Under the pieces are notes generated by a model. That model saw only the letters and a program-made list of their open reading frames with translations, was not told the DNA's origin and searched no databases. A DNA stretch of 63,745 nt, filler included. It is 3 parts of 3 records of this genome, joined end to end, with 100 filler letters (N's around TTAATTAATTAA, not from the genome) between each part and the next. Parts side by side here need not be neighbours in the genome. Positions count along the whole stretch, not along the records: positions 1 to 17,402 come from SRR20825019_714; 2 more parts are not named here. One strand, given 5' to 3'. Within the stretch, counting starts at the first letter, position 1. Every line of letters begins with the position of its first letter. Of the stretch, positions 1 to 13,900 are shown piece by piece. The translations under genes and the position numbers were made by a program.

Positions 1-60
1 ATCCTCATCCTCATCCTCATCCTCATCCTCCTCGTCCTCATCCTCCTCCTCTTCTTCATC
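1..60 (-). repeat. Low-complexity (ATCCTC)n repeat encoding a poly-Asp/Glu tail
   Basis: atcctc units at the window start read GAG GAT (Glu-Asp) on the minus strand, in frame with the last exon. Confidence 0.85.
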
Positions 61-3000
61 AGGCAAGAATCCAACTCCTTGCAGCCCCATATCTACCTGG
101 TCATGTCCGGTAGTGGGGTCTTCATTTTCGTCATCCTCATCATCACCACCCAGCCCCAGTTCCGCCCAAAACTCTTTCACAGCAGAAATAATTCTTTGGA
201 TATTGCTGGTCACTGTCACAACAACTGAAATTCCCGTGAGCCACGTAAGGAAGGTCGAGGCAAGCTGTGGACACCAACGGTTAGAACCCGGTTATTCGAA
301 AGACATCACCAAGGTTAGGGTAGGTGACACCCCACCACGATACTCACATTAATGGCCATTCCAACAGCCACGAGGGACACACTGCTGATGGTGATCACAC
401 CCGACATTAAGAGACAGAACAACGTAAAGTCTGCCAGCATCGAAGTGACGAACCCAACCTTGTGGGGCTTGTAGTATGCATGCACAGTGAGGGTTAAGAA
501 CTGGACTAGAAGCATATAGGAAATCTGGTCCTGGAAGGACAGAGTTGACATCACCAACGTCAATAGAAAGAGTATCGCGATCAGCTCGTTCACTACCTCC
601 CAGTAAGCGTATTGCGATGTATAGTTCTTGCTAAGAAAGCCGTATCGCTCCTGAGAAACCGGGCTTTGGTCGGCTTTCTTCCTCATCAGAATCAGAAGGA
701 GCACAAAGGGGAATGCAAAGAGCCACGTGAATGATACTATGGAAAGCGGAAGTACGGTTATCCATGAGGAACTGTCCGTTGAAAAGCACTCGACCGAGGG
801 ATCCGAAACCATAAAGTACCGCTTGATACCACGGGTGTCCTCATACTTCTGAAAGCAAACGAACGGCTCTAATGACAGTAGCATCAACTGTACATAGAAC
901 AAGGTGATGAACTTCAGCGTCGCCTTGATTGCTGACGTCAGACTATCGGTCGAGAATCCGGCAACTACGCCCTTCATTCCCAAAGAAACGCAACCCCTAG
1001 CGGCGCCCCATCCTATGACAGCAGATAACTGCCCCACGATCAATATATAAAACAGGACGAGACGGCGATAATAGCTGGTCTCGAAGGTGGCATCTGCCGA
1101 GGTGCATCCCATCTGGAAAAGGTCATTGAAGTCTATAGTCACCGCCGAGGCCACCGGACTGAGTGCTCCCACTGCTACTGGCCAAGAGATTGGGAGTGAT
1201 ATAATCGCATTTAGCTTCTGGATGAAACGAATGAGCACTTTGAGGTGCACCGCAATACTCAAGAAATTGGCGGAGAGTTTCGCGGTCAGTCCCCCGCCTC
1301 TCTTGTCACGCAGGGCACTGATGAAATTGTTCGCCTTTTCTACGGTCACATCACCAGCAGCAATGGCAGGGCCGCATATGCAGGCGCCTAAAAGCCCGAG
1401 CGACAGAACCACCGCGGTAACGATTGTCACGGCCTTGGCAGACATTGACCCTTCACTGCTGCATTCCTCGCATCTACCGTTGGAGCGAAAGTATCCGTCG
1501 TCACAGAACGAACATGCGACACCTGCATACGAGAGAGTTAGCCCAGGACTCGCGAGCGCAGATATTGTCGAAAGTATTGACCTGTATAGCCGTCATCACA
1601 CTCGCCAATAACATTCTCGTTTGGGTCATCCTCCAAGCAGGCGTCATCTGGTGAACAGGTGAAAATGGTGTCATCATCAATATAAGAATGTGTATTCGAC
1701 TCCATGGTGCTCATAGAGCCCGGGCTTCGGTCATTGAAATCCACAGGCACATTGAAAGTCAGCATCTGGGTAAAGTTGCCTGATGATGACAGGTCCTGGA
1801 CCCAATAACCGGCTGTCGTTACAGGATAGTGAAGCGAGCCTACAGCATGGCGTTTCAGCAGCATACTCGCCGTATCAAATCATATCAGTTCAAGACTCAT
1901 ACCTGAGCATTTGGTCTTTCCACTCGAGCCTCCAATGCAGGGCTTGCAGGGATAGCCATACAGTGGCTTGCCGTATGTATGCTCCGGACAGTGGCACATC
2001 GTCGGTGTTGTCGCGCCCTTCATATCTGTTGTCGACCCCAGAGGGCAATCTTTGCATTCAGTGGCTCCCTTGACATTGCCAAATGTCCCGATCGGACAGA
2101 GCTGTGCGCACGGGCGCGCAGTCAGAGGGGCATGCTGCCCTACACCGCCTAACCGCCTTACCTGGCACTTGGTTTGTCCCGTCTCTCCGTTGAACTTCCC
2201 AGTCTCACAAGAGATGCAACGCAAAGACCCTAGTAGCAAGATTCTGTTAGCTTGCGTTCAACTCATTACAATGTCGCTTTTTCCACCTGGAGTCGTCGAG
2301 TACTGACCACTGGGACATACGAGACCTATCAAGATGCAATCGCCATTTGTGAGGCCATTTATACCACAGGGCGCCCATATTCAAACCTACATTCCGATGA
2401 ACCGGCCGAGGGCTGATACCATCCAGATCTGCAGTCCTCGCAGACACCTAGCGCGGTTGCTTGCTTTCCAGCAGGGCACACTAAGCAGTCATTCGAGGTG
2501 GTCGAACCTTGCTTATCGCTAACGGATCCTGCGGGGCACTGAGTGCACTCAGGCTGGCCCTGCAGTTTTGGTAAGTAATCTTTTCACGAGCATCCGGGTG
2601 GATCTGAGCCGTAGCATGGCTCTGAAATGCACCTTAATAGAGGCGTATGTGTTGATCGGACAAGGGGTGCATGAACTTGAAGAGTTGCTGGATGAGGAGC
2701 CCGCGGGGCACGCGGTGCATGTGGACGCGCCGGCCTGGCTAAAGGTGCCCTTGTCGCAAGGCAGGCACTGTTCCGGGCCCACCCCTGCATAGCCACTGCG
2801 GAAAGTTCCGCCTGGGCATTTCTTGCACGATGTGGAACCAGTGATGTCTTGGTAGTGCCCGGGTCCGCACTCAACACACCTGTATTGCAAGCAGACATTA
2901 GCTTCCCATGGAAAGGCGAGGGGTTCACCGAACCTGCTTGAGCCAACTATATCGCTGAAGCGGCCCTTAGGGCAGGCGTCGCACGACGATGATCCTTCAG

Positions 3001-6000
3001 TGCTAGAATAGGATCCAGCAGCACAGCGCGAGCACCTAAACCGGACGCCAGTCAGCCACTAGAGTAAACCAGTCGGGGTAGTGTAAGCACACTTACAATC
3101 TCGCTCCTGTTGTCGACGTGAACTCACCAGGATTGCATTTTTTGCCTGCATCATCATGTTAGAGGTCCAGCTAGCACAGTCAATACACTCAGTCCAATGA
3201 GTAGAGTGCGCCAGCCATTCAAGAGAATAACTGATCCAGATCAAAAAGCAAAGGGGAACTGGAAGCATCTTACATTGAGATAAACCACGAATATCGGCGT
3301 ACAATCCCACAGGGCAAGGCTCAGAGGTGTTCCACGAGGTCGAGTAGGTCCCTTCGAGATTGTGTGCAATGGACACGATCTGGATATCCTCGGACGACCG
3401 ATCGGATCCATCCATATCATACCGTGACACAAGCGTAATAAAAAAGTCCAGGTTGGCGGATGTGACGCCTTTGACCTTGAGATTCGAATTGCAATAATGA
3501 AGTCTATGCTCCCAATTCAGCGTGGGGCCATTCCCATCGGCTCCAACGGTGTCAACCTTCTGGATGTACAAGTCCACACCGCCTGTGCACGATGTGGGTG
3601 TGGCCTCAAATGACCGGCCGACAATGATCAGCGTGTTCTCGTCTGCGGTCATGACATCAATATATTCATGATTATGATCGGACCTTCGGAAGGAAATATA
3701 CCCCCGGGAGCCGGATGCATCCTCAAGCATCTGGTAGGCGATCCAATTATAGAACCCATTGTTGTTTTTGTACACGGATGCAGAGAAGGGTCCCCTCCTG
3801 TGGCCCGCCACTGCTTTCAGCTCATCATTTGCAAGCAAGCCTGGCTGCATGGACCCTAGCGGTGCACCATCAACAGTCACTGCAAGTACAAAGCCGTCCT
3901 CATTTTGCAGGAGGGATACAAGCGAAAGTCCATTCGCAATACCAGGGTACTCCAGGCGGCCTTGGACAAACCCGGTTAGATAGACAATATCGTCAGTTAT
4001 TGACATTCCAGTCAGCTTGTCATCTTTGAATCTTGACCCACCAAACTGTTCAATCCAATACTGCGACCCATCTTCCTTATTAAACAGACCGAGGAAAATG
4101 TCCGTATACAGATTGGTCTCGCTGGGTATCGACATTGTGCCGAGAGTGGTGCCAGCCACCATCACTCCTTTTGTGTGAACCTCCACAGCCAAAACTTCAT
4201 CGTTCGCCACCGTACCGAACTGGGTCGCCCACTTAAGCCGCCCGGCCTCGTCCGTCCGTATCAGCACGGCGTCCTTGCCGCCAATATGATCCTGCCCTTG
4301 AAATGAGCCACTGGAATATCCGCCAATGTACAGCGCAGTAACAGTTCCATTCGCTCGGTCCGGGCTCAGTGTGTAGGCAGCATCGTCAGCTGTCGATCCA
4401 AACATCCGTGTCCACAGAGTTCCCGCTGCACAACCTCAGTCAGATCCGGGAGACCATCTCTATTCGACAACATCATACCGTCATGATCATTCGCAGTTAG
4501 GAACCAGTCTCGGCCGCCATTGTTAGTCAGCCCCGCCATGTTACCGTCCGTTTCACCTGCCATGTAGATCCGGGCGGAGTCGCTCACTACTGCATGGGTC
4601 TCATCATAACCGGAGGAGCTGATGGAGGTTATTTTTAGCTGCGGGCGGGGGTCGACCAGGCCTTCGATTGTCATAATGCCAGTCCGTTTTCCGGTTCCCA
4701 CACTATTGGTCACGGAGACATCCCCAGCGGTGGTGTCGCGAAGGTTCAGAGGCATTACACACGAGATTGTGGTACTACAGAACCAAGCAATATTGGAGCA
4801 TTTGTGTGCGCCAACGCGGATGTCCGTGGGAGCGCCTATCGCAGTGCTGCCAAACCCGGTCCCGTTCAGGGTAATGACTTGCCCCCCGGAATTTTTGAGA
4901 GTGGTTGGTGATACCGAGACTAGCGTGGGTGGAACTGTATACTCGAGCACCGGAAACGAGTAATTCCTCCCTGACATGTCTATGGTTACGTTAGCAATCC
5001 CCTCAGAGTTCGATGTTGGAACATTGCACGTGAACGTTAGACCATCATTTGCCCAGGTAAGGCCATGGCAAGCACTGCCGCCTACATAAACCGCCGTGAT
5101 GGCTGTCACATCGGGCTGCATTGTATGATTTGCGTTGAATTTGTGATTGAATGATCCCGTGGTTGGCACAATTGCCGTTCCATTCACAGTCACGCAGACA
5201 CACCGACTAGGCTCGCCGTAGCAGGTGCATCCCTCCTCCACCTCGCCTGCTCCCGAGCACCCATCGCTGAAGGCAACATTACCGTCATCGCACTCCTCGT
5301 AAGGTCCAATTACGCCATCTCCCAAGGTCGGGATGGCAAGGGAGCTGACGGTCGAGTTGTCGGTGATTCGCATGGCATAGAACACAGCATGCGAAACGTC
5401 GCCGTCCAAAAAGTCGTCCCTCGAGTTCGTAAAATGCGCCGCAGGCCCCGCGCTACCCACATATAGACCGTACGAGCCTCTGGCCAGTCCGGCGGACCCG
5501 GTCCCGTTGATGATTTGCACATTGTTGAGAAATGATCGCACGTTACCATATCGATCGATATCAAACTCGATCTGGCTCCAGTCACCCGCCTTTACCGTAG
5601 CAGAAGCGGAACTGTTAGTAAACGATTCGTAGCCGCCGTTGATATTCACGTACGACACCGATACCCGGCCGGCGTGTAGGTCAAGTCGTGCCCAGGTGGA
5701 ACCTTCCGCTGTTGATACAGCCAAGAGGGTCATGTTTGAGACCTCGTTATACGTCCCAACATGCTGGTCTCGCCACCGGAAGGATATCACTCCGGTGATC
5801 TCGCCCTCCAAAACCGGTGCATAGTCACCTGTGAGGTAGCGCACTATACCGGGCATTTGTTCATTCTTGGCAAGGTCGGACTGTGCCGAAGGGTTGTTAA
5901 TCCCCGCAGAGAAGTAACTTCCAATGGCTGATGTGAGAAAATGCGATTTCAGGTTCACATTATGAAAAATTCCTCCCGGACCCCGCGTTGACAAGGACCT

Positions 6001-9000
6001 TGCCGAGTGAGTGGTCTCGCCGGTCTGGAGAATGATCTCGGAGCGGTCAAAGTCAAACTCGAAAATGTTGCTCAGGTTCTTCTGCGCCGCAATGCCCGGA
6101 ACGATAATGTACACACCATTGTCCTGTTTGGACACCACGCAGCCGTCCGCCTGGGCCTGGTCACTGAGTACAAGGCTTGTATACCCCGCGCTATGCGTGG
6201 CGACATGGTAGGGGTTCTCGTGGTCGCCTCCGAAGACCCAGTATATGCGGCATTGAGCGCCGTTGCAGTACGGGTCACCATTGCCGTCGCCAGTGGTGTT
6301 GGCGTATATCACACCCGTGTTCCAGTCCGTCCACGCATTCATTCTCATCTCTCCGCTGAACTTGTTCCACTGCCGGACAGTGGAGCCCGAATCCGGCCAT
6401 CCCGGGAAGATCCGTCCGCGGTGATTGCCTAGACAAAATGCGGAGAACTTGGGTGCGAGACCATCCCGCTCCTGGCGGGTGGTGGGTGCCTGGCACACGG
6501 CGTATCGTTTCCAGGAATCCCCGTAAAGTGGGATAACTATCATGGCGAGTCAGTCGCGATCATCACATCAATGGAAAACAGCCGAGAGGAAACTTACAGG
6601 GAGCAAGATCGTTGTAGTGAGAATCAATATGCCAGTAGAGGGCCTGGGAGTGAACAAGCATGAGAACCTCTGGCAGACGCCGAAACAGACATGCCCCCAC
6701 CCACCTCCTCGGAGCCCTTATTATTGTTTGGTTCTCCGCTATTCAAGTAGGCACTGATGCCGTCCATGTTGAAAGGTGTCGGAAACTGCATGCTGATCGA
6801 GCACGACTCTGCAAATATGCCCTCAGTATAAAAGTCGTTGAAGGCAGTCTCAAACGCGATGTATCCGCTCGTCGTAATTGTGGATGTCCAGTAGAGATTC
6901 TGAAGCTCCGTCAGAGGAGCGCCATGGCAACCGCGATGCTGACGGCAGAAATCTGCGCGGACAGGATACGTCTCGCTCGAAAGTTCAGAAGAGCCAAAGA
7001 AGCAGTTTCCCGACTCATCCATGATCAGACATTTGTCCAGTTTTGCATCGTCATATGCATTCATGTCAAATGCCACCCGGTTGACGGAGAATTGCGGATC
7101 CAGTGGATGCAACCACACCGTACCGTTTGTCAGGTGGGTCTCGAAGCGGACCTTGAAGTGGCGACACTTGGTACCGAGGCGGGCCCCAGCAGTCACGGTG
7201 ATCTCGCTGTTGAGCGTGCATGCCGCCTGGGCGGTCCCGCTGTCCGTGACAGACTAAGAGCGAAGGGCGCACTGTCAGCATCATCCCGGACGCGCGGTGC
7301 ACACAGGCTGGGGAATTCTACTCACCTCAGTAGCCGTGCCAATAAGGACAGCCTCGCTGCTATCCTCAAAGAGCTCCAAAATGATATCTACCCTGGTCCA
7401 GTTCACGTTGCGCACGGGCACATCGTTGAAATCAGAGACGGTCACGTAGGCGCGGCTGCAGCTGCGCTGGCCTTGGAGCGTGAATGTGAACCCCTCGATC
7501 TCGGCTGGGTCGGGCACGGAGTTGTAAATGGCTGGCAAGATGTTAGATGATCTGCACATAGAGCGGGTGATGACTCACTGGAGCTGGAGGTGCCTTCTGC
7601 AAATCGTTTCTTCCACCCGAAGCCCGAGCGGCCCTCCACGCATCGGGTCTCGCTCGAATCATCTTCGAAGAAGCCACCACGGTAAACACTGGAAAACACT
7701 TGCCATGCGTATAAATCCGCATCATGATTCACTCGGACGGGCTGAATATAGCCAACAGCACTGGAGGGCTGGTTTGCTAAAGTGAGGTTCTTGAAGCCAT
7801 TGACAGACATCAAATCGAGTGTGAAGGGCGCGTATGTCTTCTCCGCGAAGCATTGCCCTTTCACACAGCAGTGCGAGGGCACCGTGCTGTGTGGCAGGAT
7901 CAGTCATTGCCCCACAACATGATGTAGAGTACCACACGGGTCCCGAACAAATCGACACACACCCCAAACACCTGCCACATACCTGCCAACATCTTTAGTG
8001 ACCAGTCCGTCTGCACATGCCTTGCATTCAGTCTGACCGCGCTTGTCATTGTAGTACCCAATTGCGCAGTCACTGCAGGATGTTGCACCTGGCTCGGCAA
8101 ACTGCCCCTCGGCGCAGTACTGGCAACCACCCGCACCGGCCATCCGCCGGGCCTGACCGTCCGCACATACTGTACATGATCGTGTCAGCGCTCGCGATGA
8201 CCCATTCTTGCAGGAGAGTTCGACTGCGAACCCGTCCGTAGTCCCATTGAGCCCCTGAGCGAGGTCGCCATCCACATTGCCCAGTGCATACACCACGGTG
8301 CCATTCACCGCAACGGCCTCGGTGTGGATGTTGAAGGACGAGTCCTCCTGTAGTACATCGATGATGGCACCAGTGTCCTGAAATAGAATTTCACATCCAT
8401 CAGCACCCATCCCCGAATTAGCCCCCGGGTTTCCGGTTGTACTTACATAGTTGATCTGTATCGCATAGAGGTAGTTCTTGCTTGGCTGAGATTCAGACTC
8501 TGTGGAAACCCTGCTAAGTGCACTTCCAACGGCAATAACGGATCCGTCCGTGAGCTTCACCGCGCCGCTAACGTAGTCGTCATATTCCTGCTCGTAATAC
8601 TTTGCGGGGAACACTGACCACACGCGAGTGCTGAGGTCTAGCGACACCTTCCATACTAGGCCGACGTTGTTTTGAATCTGGCAGACCCCGCACGGGCTCG
8701 GCATCACCGCGCGCTGCTTGGATATGGTGCTGTCGTCGACAGCGATACTATTAATAGAAACAAGCCAGTAGTTGTCATCTGTGCGTGTCAGCGACACTCC
8801 TTGCCACACGGAGTGGATGTAGTTTGACCCATCGACCTCGGACAGCTTCAGGCCCCATCGTGTGGTGGTACTGGCGGAGGAGAGTGCGGAGTCGTACTTG
8901 AGTATCAGCAGGTCCGTGGTGCCATCAGACGTCGTGACGCCATTGATGTCTGCGGTCACCGTCGTGTCTCCGAGAACATAAACATTCCCGCTGCTGTCCA

Positions 9001-9634
9001 CTTCCACATCCCGGAAGATCGTGGTGCCGGTTGTAGCACCAAGGACGGACGTCTGGACCATTGCGCCAGTCACGGCATTGATGCTCATGACGTAGCCATA
9101 AGGGGCGCTGTGACCGTCGCCCAGGCTGTTGAACACCCCGGTGAACTGCCCTGCCGCGTATAGGGTTGCTCCGTCGGGGCTATAGACGAGGCCGCCTACG
9201 GTGACCGCGGTGGTATTCGCGTCCGACACCGTGTAAACATAGTCATCCGAGCCCGGTGCTCTGGGGTCGAACTGGTATACAGCCAGCTTATCTGCGGACT
9301 CCACCACCCCGCCCACGGCCACCCTGGCACCGTCCGGCCGAACAGCAATCGCAGACAACTGGTCGTCGAAGGAGCTGGAGCCGCGAACGGCAACTTCCAC
9401 TGTCCCACCTGCGCTGGAATGCTTGAAGATGACGCCGTCCTGTCCGCCGATCCCCCCCGCGACCGTGCAAACGAAATACAACGTCTCTCCGTCCACCCCC
9501 GCCACCGCGGCATCTCGGCACGAATTCGCCTTGCCGCTCCCGGCGGAGCCAGTCTGATACTGCATCTTATCACCTGCATTCCCTGTGACGCCTGCGACTG
9601 CGGCGAGGAATATCAGCAAAATGGCACGGGGCAT
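1..9634 (-). CDS. Giant multi-exon eukaryotic cell-surface protein (3' truncated at window edge): signal peptide, beta-propeller, Cys-rich repeats, LamG-like region, Myxococcus-type disulfide repeat, IPT/TIG domains, SBBP-like propeller, ephrin-receptor-like (GCC2/GCC3) repeats, multi-TM region, acidic tail
   Basis: ORFs 7904-9634, 7442-7882, 7281-7559, 6624-7196, 4366-6543, 3059-4405, 2549-2890, 1880-2239, 1538-1864 and 315-1445 join in frame through about 15 GT-AG introns traced by hand (e.g. 7887-7982, 265-347). Starts MPRAILLIFLAAVAGVTG; contains GDGVIGPYEECDDGN, SVSPTTLKNSGGQVITLNGTGFG, CxxCPxGxY/F repeats and RYGFLSKNYTSQYAYWE. Last exon reads LASTFLTW...DEEEEEDEDE off the edge. Confidence 0.8.
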
Positions 9635-10922
9635 CGCGGCACGGTGCTACAGTAGACGGGTGGCGGGCTTGGGGCTGCTCTCTACTTGGGTTAGCGACGT
9701 TTGGGAAGGGAGGGAGGGAGGAATAGATGTTTATGTACAACTTCGGCGGCGGGTGGTGGTGCAAGACCCTCATTCCCATGGGTGGCCAAGTACGGTTGGG
9801 TGGGTGGCCACCGTAGAAGAGCCAGCAGATCGCGCGTGGTGCATGCCTAACCTAGGGGGTGCTCGGGGCCTGCGGCTCCACTTGCGGCTCCGGGGGGGCC
9901 CAGGCCATCGGACCCCGTGCGCCCGATGCAGGGCCAGTCATGGCGCCGAATAGGGAACGACTGAACCCTACTCACAGCGGCCGGGCCCGGCAGCCACCCC
10001 GCGGCCAAACGTGATGGTTGCTGCCACCCGGCACGCTACCCAAGGTAGGCTTGTCCCCGCCTGGGCGGGAGCAGCAGCCGTGACAGCTGAGCCGGCTGCC
10101 CAGCCTAACCCTGTCTCTGAGACTGGCAGCCCGCAGGCCGGCGTGCCCCCCAGGGCCCATGACACGAGGATGGCCCGGCTGCCGCCGCAGTCAGGATGCG
10201 AAGCTGGCCGGGTACTGGTATTTTGATATAACGAATCCCTCGAGGCCAGCAAGGAGATGGTGACCGGTTGACTGGGCGTGTACTCGTGTCCTGATGTAAC
10301 GAATCTGTCGTGGCCAGACCCAGCCGAACCATCATCATCCTCCAATCAGACGAGAAAAAACACCTGAACTGGACTGAACGAGTGGGAACGACAACCTGAC
10401 CTGCAACATCTCCCAGTCGGGCAGTCCCGGCGGTGAGTCGGCGGCAATCCGACTCACCGTCACTCTGCCCCCGGCGCCCGCCTCCCGTTCCGGCCCGGCC
10501 CCGGTAGAGGTCATCCCAGGTCCGGCCGCTCAATCACTGGCTGCCCTCCTTGGCCGGCGGGCACGGTGCCAGCGGGAGGTCGCTTGGCCGGCGACTCACT
10601 GGCTCCGCCGGCCCGCCATTGTGTTGGCTGTCAGTGGGATGCCCGGTGGCCAGAGTATTCGAGCCGGGGCCGCCGGGACCAAACCGGCGCGCCGGGCGGA
10701 CCGGGAGCGTGGCCTTCGCGGGTCAGCAGTCTGACCGGCTGACAGAGTGGGTGTTTGATGCCGCCACCGGCTCAGCTCACCGGGGCTGCGAAGAGCCCCG
10801 GCCTGGGCGAGAGGGGGGACCTGGCCCAGCGACTTCAGATATCCCTGGTGTCACACATCAGCATTGGACAAGCCTTGGCTCAGTAGGCCGGACAAGCCGT
10901 GGACTGCGCGGGAAAACTACCG
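9635..10922. promoter_or_regulatory. GC/CpG-rich intergenic region, probable bidirectional promoter
   Basis: Lies between two divergent start codons (9634 and 10923). Rich in CCGG/GGCC with recurring GTGAGTC/GACTCAC; no credible coding frame. Confidence 0.55.
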
Positions 10923-13900
10923 ATGAGCTGGTGGACCTGCCGCCGCCTTGTCCGAGTTGCGGCGGCGCTTGCCGTCTTTGCGATGGCGTGGGTCCCGGTG
11001 ACGACGTCTGACGGTGAGCCTCGGAGATTATTGCCAGCTGGAACCAAACTAACGTCCATTGCTCTTTAACTCTCACAGAGTTCCACACGCTCACAGGTGA
11101 CTTTGTAGCGCATGGGGATGGTCTTGGCCCCCTATATTCCGCGCCAACGACACCGCAGCCTAACTCCACCGAGATATCAAGAATAATGGCGGGTTCGTCA
11201 GTCGCCCTCACTTCAGACTCCGTATGGGTGTATGGCACCCGGGCGTTACGGAATGAGACCGACGGGTCTACTGCGGGGTTCCCTGCACTCTTTGCGCTCC
11301 AGCTGAATAAGTCATCCGTGGCTGTGCAGACTTCTTACAATGAGTTCGATGGGTCCGACGGGTTCGGTGGTGAATACCTTATGTTTTTTCAGAACGTCAA
11401 GGCAGCCGTGTATGACGGAGCGGCATACGTGCTGGCGCAGGGATTTGACTTTGGTGGCGCCAATGCCGTCATCATACGTGCCTCTCTGGACCTCCAGACG
11501 GTGTTCTGGTATACACAACTCAACAAATACGTCGCAGACTTTAACTTCGCCCCGGTCGTCATGGGCATCGGTGGTATTGCCGTGAACTCCAAATTGATTG
11601 CCGTGACGGGCAACTTGTACTCGGACGTCGGAGCAGGTGCATTCGTGCTGGGTTTGGAGCCCATCACCGGCGAGCTGCTGTGGCGAGAGGATATCTCGTC
11701 TCCCCTGAACGAGGAAGGACAGAAGGATACTGATATTGCAACGGCTGTTGCATTTTACGAGACCAATGACGAGGTTGTCTTCACAGGCACATCATATGGA
11801 GACATGGACGGGCCTGGCTTCGCCGTGGGAAATCGGTACGAGGCGGACACGTATGGCGTGGTTGTGGCACAGACGACCGGCGCCATCATCCGAAGGTACA
11901 TGTTTGGCGTGACTGCATCGAATACCGTCTATGGCCTGTATGTCGATGAATCTGAGGGAGTGATGTACCAGGTGGGTATCTCTGCCGCGAATGTGCTAGA
12001 GGGTGGGTTCTAATGGGGCATACTGGGCAGGGTGGTTCTATGGAGATGCTGTTGACACGCCAGTCTGCAATAGCTTCCGTGCGGAGTGCGGCGGGCTCCA
12101 AGGACAACGCTGTTGTCCGGCTGAACTTTGGTCACAAGACCGACTCGGGAAGCCTGTTCCACCGGTACTTTGCGACGTATGGGCTGAAGGGAAAGATGAT
12201 TGCAGCTGGGCAATCGGCAGCGAAGATGGTCCCTGGTGCCAAGAATAGGAACAATCCGACGTCCGCGATGTATCTCATGAACGATGTGAGTAGGCATTCC
12301 GCCCTCCGGTAACCATATTCACTCCCTTTCAGAAAATGGAATTCATGTGGTTCCGGTTTTTGGATATGGAGGGACAGTCTGGTCTTCTTGACATGAAGTG
12401 CGATTCCGAGGCCTGCTACGGTGCGGGATTCTACAAGCCTCTGGAGAGTAATTCTACCTATTATCATGTCATGCGAACACCGCTATGTGGAAACGGGATG
12501 CGGCTCCCCAACGATACGAACTGGGCAGCGAATCAACTGACCGAGTACAATTATTGGTGAGTATCTGCGATGTTTTGTGGTGCACTCGGTCTGCGCTGAC
12601 CACGCTTGAAAAAAGCTACAAGTGTGGCGCGGGGATGTACCAGGATGAGGTTCTCGAGACGACATGTATGTTGTGCCCCCCGGCCTTCCCACGGGGGATT
12701 CCTTCTAACAGATTCCTTCAGGCAAATCATGTTCTCCAGGCTCCTACGCACCAACCGCTGGTCTCGCCAATTGTCTTCCGTGCCCGGCGGGATACTACAC
12801 ATCCCGAAACGAGTCCACCTATTGCGACATCTGCCCGCCCGGAACGTTCTCGACCGCAGGCAGTACGATGTGCACCGGTTGCTCGGCAGGCAGCTACTCT
12901 GCCAATGCGGGCTCGGGCGAGTGCACTCCCTGTGCAGCCGGGTCTGCCTCGGCCGTCCCCAACGCCACCCTGGCATCTGTCTGCGAGACGTGCAGCATAG
13001 GCCACTACCAGCCTAGTGTTGGCCAGTCATCGTGCCTGGAGTGCCCCGGCGGTTCATACAGCAACACCACCGGAGCCACTGAGTGTGCGCTCTGCGAGCC
13101 GGGGCAATATCTTAACGCGACCGCCGCCACCTCCATTGCCGATTGCACCATGTGCCCTGCCGGTACCTATGCCGCATCCGGCGGCAAGGCTGTGTGCGAT
13201 GCCTGGTAAGCCTTGAGATAGAATGTGTGACACCCATGCTATGCTGACCCGATCTGCCCTTCTCAGCCCCTTGGGCCGCTACCAGAACACCACCGGTGCT
13301 ACATCATGCCACCCGTGCCCTGCTACCACGCAAGGCAACGCCACAGGGCTCACCGTTTGTTACCCGTGTCCGCCCGGTTCGTTCGGAGTACTAGAGGGTC
13401 TGGAGAAGTGTTCTAGCTGTGCCGAAGGCACCTTCCAGGACCTATCTGGACAGACATCGTGCCACAACTGTGCTAAGGACACGTTCATGCCGTTCACCGG
13501 CGGAACGCAATGCTTCAGCTGCCCGGACTTCTCGTCGACGCAGGAGAGTGAGGCGACGGACACAATGTTTGGATGCAAATGCATTGACAATTACTTTGGG
13601 AAACCCGGTGAGGGGCGCAAGTGCCAGCCATGCCCCGCCTTTGCCTCTTGCCAGCCAGATGACCGGTACCCGAGGATGGATCCTGGCTCATGGCAATCCA
13701 GTGACGACACAAACACGATTTACTACTGCCAACCCCGGATCAGCTGCCCGGGAGGAATCCCGGACCTTCCCGAAGTCAACATCACCAATGCCGTGACTCG
13801 TCCCGAGGACGTCCAGCTGCGGTGGACAGACCTGGAACCGATCAGGGCTATGGAGGCCACAAGGCAGGCGGATGCGCGGATGCGGGCACTCAGCACCACG

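Noticed and set aside
315-9634. Fragmented ORFs as a pseudogene or as stop-codon reassignment
   Set aside because: Every break examined is repaired by a GT-AG intron that restores frame and Cys-repeat spacing.
9585-11011. Gly/Ala/Arg/Pro-rich ORFs in GC-rich intergenic DNA (also 51782-52307, 56514-57679, 61992-62438)
   Set aside because: Expected by chance at this GC content, apart from the short first exons already assigned.
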